Shown piece by piece: positions 9,986-18,368 of a DNA stretch of 64,000 nucleotides. Origin of the DNA: Candidatus Methanoperedenaceae archaeon. Its GTDB lineage: Archaea; Halobacteriota; Methanosarcinia; Methanosarcinales; Methanoperedenaceae. Numbering within the stretch: the stretch's first letter is position 1; the number at the start of each line of letters is the position of its first letter. A model generated the notes under the pieces. It was given only the letters and a program-made list of their open reading frames with translations, made no database searches and had not been told where the DNA came from. Location: assembly GCA_963753595.1 (NCBI GenBank), contig CAVWCX010000030.1:1-64000 (forward strand). The letters run 5' to 3'. Made by a program: the position numbers and the translations under genes.

Positions 9986-11224
9986 TTAAAGCTTTCTTCT
10001 CCAGGTTCCTGATATTGATGAATGGGGCATGATCCAGCCATTATATTTCAATTTGGAATTCGATTTGATCGGAGGATTTGGAACGCCGATAAGGACTTCC
10101 TCGATCTTTGTCTCAAAATCATCTCCCAACTGCAATTCAAATGTTGCTCCCTTTGTATATGAAATGAATTCATATGTCCTCAGATCAAAAACAGGAACAA
10201 TTCCCTTTACTTCGAAAAAAAGCTCGATGAATTCTTTTGGAGGGATCTTGATATTAAAATATGCATTCAATTTAAGGATCTTATTTCCATCGCTCTGGCT
10301 TATTATCTCATAAACAACGTATAATTCCGGCTTGATCTCCTTTTCATTCCTGGAATTATTCGGCCTGCAATTTTCAAGATCAAAATCATTTCTCCTTATG
10401 TAAACGGGCTCAAGTGGCATAAGATTCTTATTGCAGGTATATCCGCTTATTTCAAAAGAAGTAGAGAATTTGAAGGAAATATCCTGGTATTTGTGAATAT
10501 TTTTCAGGATCTCTTCCTCTTCCTCGGTTGTTGATCCCGGAACAGCAGAATCGAAAAATGCAACAAGACCGTCCCTGTTTATCAATTTTGAAGTACCCCC
10601 GGCTTTTGCCTCATTTTTTGCCATATAATCATACATCCTGTTCAGGACTATCTTGTCATTTTCACCTTCCACTTCACCTTCTTTCTTGAAGATTATTGAA
10701 AGATTGGACATTCTGGGCTCTTCTGACAATTCAAGCAAACCATGTTTTTCATACAGAGAGTATATTTCATCATCTATTTGCTCATATTTATTTAAATTTC
10801 GTATTCCTTTTAAAATAAATCCTATCAATTCATTCCTTGTAAAATGCCTGTCAATTATTTCATCTATGATGGATCTTGACACATCTTTGACCATCAACGC
10901 AAGAGGATGCTCTTCCAGGACAAAAACAACAAAACCTGAAAGTATAAAGGCTTCACCCACTTTGCCAAAAAGCTCAATAATAACGTTCATGATGTGTGAA
11001 ATTCCAGTCGGCGCCGAAATAGGGATCAATTCCTTTGCAAGCAGAGAAAAAAGTAAAAAGATTATACCTATCAGCCCTATTTTGACCGCTTTACTCCTGC
11101 GTTTTTCAAACAGGTCTTTGAATATCGATTTTTTGTATGTCATAGTAAGATTGTAATATTTTGATTTATTTGAATGACTCAACTTTACCTGTTGATCGGG
11201 ATTTGACGCCATGCGGTGTTTCAT
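9986..11224 (-). CDS. Hypothetical protein, 2 N-terminal TM helices plus large soluble domain
   Basis: 412-aa AT-rich ORF; start may be later (MTYKK, ~11143); no recognised motif. Confidence 0.7.
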   Translation of the reverse strand: MKHRMASNPDQQVKLSHSNKSKYYNLTMTYKKSIFKDLFEKRRSKAVKIGLIGIIFLLFSLLAKELIPISAPTGISHIMNVIIELFGKVGEAFILSGFVVFVLEEHPLALMVKDVSRSIIDEIIDRHFTRNELIGFILKGIRNLNKYEQIDDEIYSLYEKHGLLELSEEPRMSNLSIIFKKEGEVEGENDKIVLNRMYDYMAKNEAKAGGTSKLINRDGLVAFFDSAVPGSTTEEEEEILKNIHKYQDISFKFSTSFEISGYTCNKNLMPLEPVYIRRNDFDLENCRPNNSRNEKEIKPELYVVYEIISQSDGNKILKLNAYFNIKIPPKEFIELFFEVKGIVPVFDLRTYEFISYTKGATFELQLGDDFETKIEEVLIGVPNPPIKSNSKLKYNGWIMPHSSISGTWRRKL

Positions 11225-11483
11225 GTGGCATAATTTAATGAGAGCTGGGCGCTCAAGGTTCAGGTCAGTTGTCTAAGTTGTGAATACAGAAACATCCCAA
11301 GGTATAAATGCAAATTTAATAAGGTTATCTATAGTTTAATTGGTTTTTTTGGGTTTTAAACGTATTTAATGATTGATTTTATGGATTTAAAGTCCATTAT
11401 TTGTTTTTAAAGATTATCAGTCACAATACGGGTTCGCAGTAATCCACACCTGCCAATCCAGTGAACTCGCAGGTAGAACACAG

Positions 11484-11604
11484 CATCAAGCCCATAAAAA
11501 TGGGCACCATTATGAATATTAAAAAAACAACGAACAAAAACGAACTGAAACGAACTCCAATGGCGTGAGTGTCCTCTGTGCGCTCGGTGGTTTTTTCAAA
11601 CCAG
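11484..11604. repeat. AACGAAC 10-mer hairpin element, copy D (chimeric right arm)
   Basis: aaaaaaacaacgaacaaaaacgaactgaaacgaactcc ... ctctgtgcgctcggtggttttttcaaaccAG; shares arm and end with copies at 55.5k/58.8k/61.5k; left boundary tentative. Confidence 0.7.
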
Positions 11605-11632
11605 AGGACAATACGATGAAAATCAACAAATA

Positions 11633-12340
11633 TTATAAATTTTTCATTTTGAATACAACAACATTTGCCATCAACATTGTTCCTTCCGGATCCTCATTAG
11701 CAAGATTCATCGGTTTTTGAATAAATACTTCAGGTCGAGCGCCAAATGCCTCTGAGAACTCATCCACCGTAAATAATTCTTCGGGTGGATGTGAATGCCC
11801 CAATATCGATTCTGTCAATCTGCGCTGCCTATTGATCGCTGTCTTGCTTGCTCCTTGTCGATAATTCGGGAATCCAAAGACCAGGCTTCCATTTTTCTTG
11901 AGATTCCTGTGAATGAACGTATTCAAATCCCCTAAGAATATCTTTTTATTTTCGCTTGCCGTCCCACCGTTGCATAATGCGATCTCATGTTCTGAGCTTA
12001 CCATCAGGAGACAACTGGCAATACAGGGCATCTGGGCGTCCAATGCTTCTTTAAAGGTCATCTTTAAGGGCATATATTTCACCAACGATAGCCGGGGAAC
12101 ATCATAGATCGTAGTAGAAGGCTCTATATTGACCAGCGTTGCTTTTATTCCCAATTCCTCTATGATCCTGGCACCGATTCCCGGACCACCCCCCAGATCG
12201 ATAATATCATCCCCTTCTTTTAGCTGACCAGGCAGGACACTTTTGACCAATTCATGCATAATATTGATCTTTTTAGCAAATGTATTTGCGTAATCTGTCC
12301 CGTCGAATTTGGTGATACTGTCCATATAATTCCAGCCCAA
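11633..12340 (-). CDS. Class I SAM-dependent methyltransferase-like protein
   Basis: IIDLGGGPGIG..LVNIEPS motif I/II. Confidence 0.65.
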   Translation of the reverse strand: MGWNYMDSITKFDGTDYANTFAKKINIMHELVKSVLPGQLKEGDDIIDLGGGPGIGARIIEELGIKATLVNIEPSTTIYDVPRLSLVKYMPLKMTFKEALDAQMPCIASCLLMVSSEHEIALCNGGTASENKKIFLGDLNTFIHRNLKKNGSLVFGFPNYRQGASKTAINRQRRLTESILGHSHPPEELFTVDEFSEAFGARPEVFIQKPMNLANEDPEGTMLMANVVVFKMKNL

Positions 12341-12493
12341 ATATATCCCCCAGAATACTTGAACCTGCTGCCTATCAGGCTCCCGAAATAAACACAGCTC
12401 TGGGGAGCATCATTCATTTTTATCTGTCATTGTCAATCCTTTCGACAGGGAGAGGATTTTTAAGTTAAGTCATTCAATTAAATAAAAAGATAT

Positions 12494-15124
12494 ATGGAGA
12501 AAATAAAATCTCGTATCATAAGCAGCGGTGTACATTCTCTCGATGAGGTAATACAGGGTTTCAGGCTTGGTGATAATGTAGTCTGGCAGGTTGACCACCT
12601 GGAGGACTATTCATTTTATGCGCAAAGATTTATCCACCAGGGCATCATGGAGGGTTATAAATGTGTTTATATCAGGTTTGCTCCTCACGAACCGATACTC
12701 AAACCAATGGAATATCTGGATATTATTCCGGTTGATCCCGGGAAGGGATTTGATTTTTTCAGCAGTGAAGTGCACAGGATAATTGAGAAATTTGGCAGAC
12801 AGGTTTTTTATGTTTTTGACAACCTGTCCTCCCTGGTAGTTGAATGGGCAACTGATGAACTTCTTGCCAACTTCTTTAAGGTCACCTGTCCCTACCTGTT
12901 CGAACTTGATACGATTGCATTTTTTGCGCTGACAAGGGGTAAGCATAGCCACTCTGCAGTTGCCAGGATACGGGATACGACCCAGATATTGATCGATGTC
13001 TATCGTGTGGACTCCAGGACATATTTGCATCCTTTAAAAGTCTACGACCGCTATTCACCACAGATGTTTTTACCGCATGTTTTTTCTGGTGGAAAGCTCG
13101 TGCCTTTGTTCAGCAGCGGAGAAGCAACCGCAGTTTCCAAAAGCCGCCAAAGGAAAGTCAGCGCCAGTATGATAGCCCCTTGGGACAGTGTATTTAGGAA
13201 ACTTACACAGTATTACGAAACAGGTAAGGAATCCCTATCTCCTGAAATAATTTCGCTAAAACAGGAACTTTCAAGGATGATAATAGGAAATCATGCACTG
13301 TTCAATAAGCTTGCTGATCATTATCTGACCCTTGATGACCTTTTAAATATCAGGGACAGGATGATCGGTTCAGGCCGGATAGGAGGAAAAGCTGTAGGCA
13401 TGTTGATCGCAAGATGTATTCTCATGAAGGATGGAAAACATCACAAATTCTCAAAGATCCTTGAGCCGCATGACTCATTTTATATCGGATCAGACGTATT
13501 TTTCACGTATCTTGTTAATAACGACCTTTTTCGCCTGAGGTTACAGATATCTGAGAGCTCAAGTATCACAAGAGAAATGTTCGAAGATGTGGAAAAGCGT
13601 TTTCTTGCAGGAAAATTTCCTGAAGAGATTAAAGAGGAATTTCGTAACCTGATAGACTATTTCGGACAGGCGCCCATAATCGTAAGGTCGAGCAGTTTGC
13701 AGGAGGATAGTTTTGGCAACGCATTTGCAGGAAAATACCGAAGCGAATTCTGTGCCAATCAGGGCAATCCGGAGGAAAGACTGGAAGAGTTTATGCGTGC
13801 CGTAAAGCTTGTATATGCAAGTGCATTAAATCCTGATGCTCTTTCATACAGAAAGGCACATGGCATTGAAGACACAGATGAAAAGATGGCTATCCTTGTG
13901 CAGCGGGTATCCGGCATACCTTATAAGCATTATTTCTTTCCGACCCTTGCCGGTGTGACATTTTCGAGAAATCTCTTTGCCTGGACCCCTCGCATAGACC
14001 CTGAAAGGGGAATGATACGGCTTGTATTCGGTCTTGGTACCCGTGCAGTGGACAGGGTAGGCAGGGATTACCCCAGAATGATAGCGGTCAGTCATCCGGA
14101 ACTCAGACCTGAGATCGGCATGGAAATCACAAAATATTCCCAGTGGGATGTCGATCTGCTTGACCTGAAGGACAATGAGTTCAAGACAATACCTTTTTCT
14201 GAGCTGGTCACTGATTGTGATTATCCCAACCTTAAATTATTTGTGTCAGTATATCAGGATGATCATCTATATGATCCTCTCACTGGAGTTATAGAATGTT
14301 TACCTGAAAATCTTTTTCTAACCTTCAACAATCTCATAAAAAAGACCGATCTTGTACAGAACATAGGTGAAATGTTGAAAATAATTGAAAAGAGTTACGA
14401 TCACCCCGTGGATATTGAATTTACAGCATTTGTGGATTCAAATAACAGGACAAAGATCAATTTGCTGCAATGTCGTACTATGAAGATCCCGGGAATTGCC
14501 GGTCCTGTTGACATACCTTCCAATATACCCCCAGAAAAGATATTATTCAGGTCCGGCAAGATCATTAATGGGGGAGTGATCACTGATATACGCTACATAG
14601 TCTACATAGATCCCAGAGTATATTCAAGGATCGATGAACTTCATATCAAGAAATCGCTGGGGCGAGTGATTGGCCGGATAAATGAACGATTTGGTCTTGA
14701 TGGGGTAAAGTTCATTTTAATGGGACCCGGGAGGTGGGGTAGCAAGAATATTGACCTTGGTGTAAATATTGGTTATGCTGATATAAATAAGACTGACGTT
14801 CTTGTTGAAATTGCGCGAAAGGGCGCCAGTCATACACCTGAAGTTTCCTATGGCACACACTTCTTCCAGGATCTGGTAGAAGGACATATCATCTACATGC
14901 CTGTTTATCCGGATATGCCCGGATCAGAGTTCAATGAGGAATTTTTCGATGTATCAAAAAATGTTCTTTCTGAACTTTTTCCTGATGACGGCAAGTTCAG
15001 CAGTTTTATCAAATTGATAGATATTCAATCTTCAACAGATGGCGGATATGCCGCAGTTGTTGCCGACCCCCAGAACCAGAGAGCTATATGCTTTCTAAGT
15101 CCGCTTCAATCAGTTGATGCATAA
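12494..15124 (+). CDS. PEP/pyruvate-binding (PPDK_N/PEP synthase ATP-grasp) protein with N-terminal degenerate KaiC/RecA-like domain
   Basis: N-term SSGVHSLDEVIQGFRLGDNVVW; IGGKAVG, IVRSSSLQEDS..FAGKY, GLGTRAV, GPGRWGS, SYGTHFFQDL. Confidence 0.85.
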   Translation: MEKIKSRIISSGVHSLDEVIQGFRLGDNVVWQVDHLEDYSFYAQRFIHQGIMEGYKCVYIRFAPHEPILKPMEYLDIIPVDPGKGFDFFSSEVHRIIEKFGRQVFYVFDNLSSLVVEWATDELLANFFKVTCPYLFELDTIAFFALTRGKHSHSAVARIRDTTQILIDVYRVDSRTYLHPLKVYDRYSPQMFLPHVFSGGKLVPLFSSGEATAVSKSRQRKVSASMIAPWDSVFRKLTQYYETGKESLSPEIISLKQELSRMIIGNHALFNKLADHYLTLDDLLNIRDRMIGSGRIGGKAVGMLIARCILMKDGKHHKFSKILEPHDSFYIGSDVFFTYLVNNDLFRLRLQISESSSITREMFEDVEKRFLAGKFPEEIKEEFRNLIDYFGQAPIIVRSSSLQEDSFGNAFAGKYRSEFCANQGNPEERLEEFMRAVKLVYASALNPDALSYRKAHGIEDTDEKMAILVQRVSGIPYKHYFFPTLAGVTFSRNLFAWTPRIDPERGMIRLVFGLGTRAVDRVGRDYPRMIAVSHPELRPEIGMEITKYSQWDVDLLDLKDNEFKTIPFSELVTDCDYPNLKLFVSVYQDDHLYDPLTGVIECLPENLFLTFNNLIKKTDLVQNIGEMLKIIEKSYDHPVDIEFTAFVDSNNRTKINLLQCRTMKIPGIAGPVDIPSNIPPEKILFRSGKIINGGVITDIRYIVYIDPRVYSRIDELHIKKSLGRVIGRINERFGLDGVKFILMGPGRWGSKNIDLGVNIGYADINKTDVLVEIARKGASHTPEVSYGTHFFQDLVEGHIIYMPVYPDMPGSEFNEEFFDVSKNVLSELFPDDGKFSSFIKLIDIQSSTDGGYAAVVADPQNQRAICFLSPLQSVDA

Positions 15125-15238
15125 TACCTGCCTGGATACCCTGGAGGACATTCATAAGGTGAAAAGTAAGTATTTTGTTCGTATCCATCCGAAACAATTA
15201 TTACCTAAGAGGACAATATAATATTTGGGGTTAAAAAC

Positions 15239-15523
15239 ATGAATAAAAATGAATTATTCAAGAATAAAAAGTTAGGATTCGGATTTGCCTCATTTATAGG
15301 TTTGGCCTTTTTAGGTTTCGTGGCCGGCTGGGTATTTCTGATCCCGATAGCAACAGGTGCATTCCTGGTATATGGTTATGTTGTCTATACAAGGGACCAA
15401 AAGCACAGGATCAGTTTGAATTATAAACCAAATGACGCTATGAAAGCAATTGCCCGCCGTGAAATGGAGCTTAATAACGAAAAAAGAATAATATATGAGC
15501 AAATGAAAGGAGAAAAATTTTAG
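15239..15523 (+). CDS. Small membrane protein
   Basis: 94 aa, two TM helices plus charged tail. Confidence 0.6.
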   Translation: MNKNELFKNKKLGFGFASFIGLAFLGFVAGWVFLIPIATGAFLVYGYVVYTRDQKHRISLNYKPNDAMKAIARREMELNNEKRIIYEQMKGEKF

Positions 15524-16034
15524 TCGAATAAATAAAACTAAGTCATTTAAGTTTTTTCCTTATAGACGCATCTCTTTCGTAAGATTTTGGATAATGTTGA
15601 AATAAAACCAGGTCAAGTTAGAGATGGATCGAGGTGGCCATCAAAGTACTTCATAATAATAACGATTATTTTGAGCATAAAAATAATATGGGGTCTATAT
15701 AAGCCATTAAATACATTTTTATTATTGATGAACATACTTGAAATTACAGAAGATAAGATCTTCCAGACATTAGGTAAAGGAAGAGACCCGGAATATAAAC
15801 CAGTAGACAAAACCCAATGGGTAAAGACATTTGAACCGTTTGATTATACGTGCCTCGTAAAGTGAAAACATTAATTCAAATAGCTTTATCCATTATTTTT
15901 TTTTAGTCCTGGATTGAGACAGTCGATATCAACTTTTGAATTAATGTTGTAAACTTCACACTTCCCTATATATTCATGTGAATTCTAAATATATATAAAT
16001 ACAAATCATACATTTAATTTCAGGAGATTAATAT

Positions 16035-16172
16035 ATGAAATATGTCCATATTCAGTCAGTACTTCCCCAGGAAGATGTAATCGCTTTAAAAGTAAAGTCC
16101 GGGGAGTCTTCAGTGAAAGATGCAATTGCAAAGGCGATCTACCATTATTTAAAATGTGAGCTGGCTGAATAA
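16035..16172 (+). CDS. Small DUF5371-like (ribbon-helix-helix-like) protein, 45 aa
   Basis: Not in ORF track: CAGGAG RBS then MKYVHIQSVLPQEDVIALKVKSGESSVKDAIAKAIYHYLKCELAE. Confidence 0.75.
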   Translation: MKYVHIQSVLPQEDVIALKVKSGESSVKDAIAKAIYHYLKCELAE

Positions 16173-16307
16173 ATATGAATAAGCCGGATGGGGCTCATAA
16201 TCTCATTACGATCACCTGAAAATATACTTATTATTGATCGTGTAAAATATCTCAAGTAACTATATATCTGAGAAAATGCCTATTATTTTTGATTGGTGAA
16301 TTTTTTT

Positions 16308-16820
16308 ATGAGTCATAGGGAAGAGTTAGAAAAGTTGGCAAAAGCATGCGAAGAGTGTTCGGGTAAAGATAGAGCGTCACTGGATGAACATCTTGAAAAG
16401 TGTCCTGCATGCCTGGAGTACAAGAGGAAGGCTGAAAAGGTCAGCCAGATGATGGAAGCCGTACATATGCTTGCATTGAAACCGGAACAGGAACGGCGCA
16501 AGATATTGGGCGCCCGGATGGAGCAGTTCGCAAGTATGACAGAAGATAAGAGAATGACAGCAATTAGCGATATGCTCGATTCAATTGCTGAACTCTCTGA
16601 GGAAGACAGGATAAAGATCGCAAAAACAAGAACCGAGATCATCACAAGTTTACCTGAAGAAAAAAAAAGTGTTTTAATGGGGACATTGAAGAAAGTAATG
16701 GCCGGGTGGACCCCTGACAGGAAGATGATGGAAAAACAGGCTGTAATGGCCGCCACCCAGGATTATTTCATATTGAAACGAATGATGGTCAGGACTATGT
16801 TTACGAAGATGCTGGAATAA
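16308..16820 (+). CDS. Hypothetical helical protein with N-terminal Cys/His zinc site
   Basis: CEEC...HLEKCPAC then Met/Lys/Glu-rich helices; ATG 16308 (GTG 16293 alternative). Confidence 0.75.
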   Translation: MSHREELEKLAKACEECSGKDRASLDEHLEKCPACLEYKRKAEKVSQMMEAVHMLALKPEQERRKILGARMEQFASMTEDKRMTAISDMLDSIAELSEEDRIKIAKTRTEIITSLPEEKKSVLMGTLKKVMAGWTPDRKMMEKQAVMAATQDYFILKRMMVRTMFTKMLE

Positions 16821-16832
16821 GAAGTTCTCCTG

Positions 16833-17537
16833 CTATTTTCCCCTCACGATCTTCAATTTTGCTCCATCTATCTCATACTCATACCATGAAGTAGGTTTTG
16901 ATGACAGGCCCACCACTCGTATAAGATTCTTATCACTTTCCGTCCTGATCTCTATTACGCCGTCAAAAAGTTGTTTTAATGTCGCTATTGCCTGTTCGTC
17001 ATGCATGCCGCTTTCTACCATATATATTCCCAGGCCCCCGGTTGATTTTATGCGGCCTGTAAAGACATGGAGGAACCTGAAAACTGTCTGGATATTTGAA
17101 TACATTAAAATGGTTGAAAGTGAATTTATATGGAGCTGGTTTTTCGGGATATTTTTATTCGTTATGAATTCTTCGAAGTAATAACTGATCTTCACTCCAA
17201 TTCCAGTCAGGTCGACCGGACTGCTTGCTATTCTGATATTCTCATCCTCTTTGATCTTACCACCAAGGGTTTTGCTTACGCAGTCGATTAAACCGATCCG
17301 GTCCAAAGGCAAATTCAATTTATTATCTGTGAACCATTCCAGAATATGAGGGGCTGATTCCCGGGTCGTTACGGTTATCACTGAATTCCCATTTATGGCT
17401 GCACCATGATACATGATAAAATTAAGGATCAACTCCTTTCCACTCATGGGAGGTCCGATCAACATAATATTCGAACCTTTTCTTATGCCCACGATTTCAT
17501 CATCAAGTTCTTTGATTCCAAGTGTGTAGTCGCTCAT
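16833..17537 (-). CDS. KaiC/RAD55-like RecA-superfamily ATPase (degenerate Walker A)
   Basis: LGIKELD..GPPMSGKE...INSLSTIL...LKQLFDGVIE. Confidence 0.85.
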   Translation of the reverse strand: MSDYTLGIKELDDEIVGIRKGSNIMLIGPPMSGKELILNFIMYHGAAINGNSVITVTTRESAPHILEWFTDNKLNLPLDRIGLIDCVSKTLGGKIKEDENIRIASSPVDLTGIGVKISYYFEEFITNKNIPKNQLHINSLSTILMYSNIQTVFRFLHVFTGRIKSTGGLGIYMVESGMHDEQAIATLKQLFDGVIEIRTESDKNLIRVVGLSSKPTSWYEYEIDGAKLKIVRGK

Positions 17538-17546
17538 CGATTTCCC

Positions 17547-18368
17547 TCACCTTTTCAACGATTCATAAATCCTTTTGCGTTCAAAGAGATCACAGAAAAT
17601 CAATACAATACCAATTATGTTATCGCCATCCATCTTGATCGTTGAACCGATAATATCAACAGGAATTTTATTACCTTCCTTTGTCACCAATATTGTGTCC
17701 TCAGCAAGACCATAGAATTTTTCTTCACGGATTGCCTTTGTTACAGGATCTTCGATCTTTTTGTCAATATCTTCGCTAATAATGTTGAAGATACCTGCCA
17801 GTGGTTTCCCTGAAGCCTCATTTTGTTTCCAGCCGGTCAGGGCCTCAGCGATCGGGTTCATCAGTTTTATTGTTCCTTCCGGGTCCGTGGCGATCACAGC
17901 ATCACCTATGCTTTCAATCACTGCTGAAAGCCATTGGTTTTTTTCGCGCAAAATTCTTTCACTCTGTTTTAACTTTCCTTCCATTTCATGTTTATAGAGA
18001 GAGATCTCAATAGTTATTTGCAGTTCTCTTTCTTTGAATGGCTTAATTAAATATCCGAACGGTTCCGTGATTTTTGCACGCTCGAGTGTTTTTTCATCAG
18101 CAAAAGCGGTGAGGTACACGACCGGAATGTCAAAAAGATTACGTATTTCTCCTGCGGTTTCAATCCCGTCCATCTTGCCATGGATCACAATATCCATCAG
18201 CACGAGATCAGGATTATTTTCTTTTATCGATTTGATGGTTTCTTCTCCTGTAGATACTATTGCCGGAACATGATAACCCATCTTCTTCAATTTTCTTTGT
18301 AAGTCTTCAGCAATAATAATTTCATCTTCAACGATCAGTATCTGTTTCACAGTCTTCTCTTGCGTCAT
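17547..18368 (-). CDS. Response regulator with PAS domain
   Basis: IVEDE, LMDI..MDG, YLTA, KPF then SIGDAVIATD..MNPIAEALTGW. Confidence 0.9.
   Translation of the reverse strand: MTQEKTVKQILIVEDEIIIAEDLQRKLKKMGYHVPAIVSTGEETIKSIKENNPDLVLMDIVIHGKMDGIETAGEIRNLFDIPVVYLTAFADEKTLERAKITEPFGYLIKPFKERELQITIEISLYKHEMEGKLKQSERILREKNQWLSAVIESIGDAVIATDPEGTIKLMNPIAEALTGWKQNEASGKPLAGIFNIISEDIDKKIEDPVTKAIREEKFYGLAEDTILVTKEGNKIPVDIIGSTIKMDGDNIIGIVLIFCDLFERKRIYESLKR

Noticed and set aside
15587-15865. 92-aa ORF as a real gene or helicase N-terminus
   Set aside because: Looks composite; only ~15 residues resemble a helicase start; insufficient support
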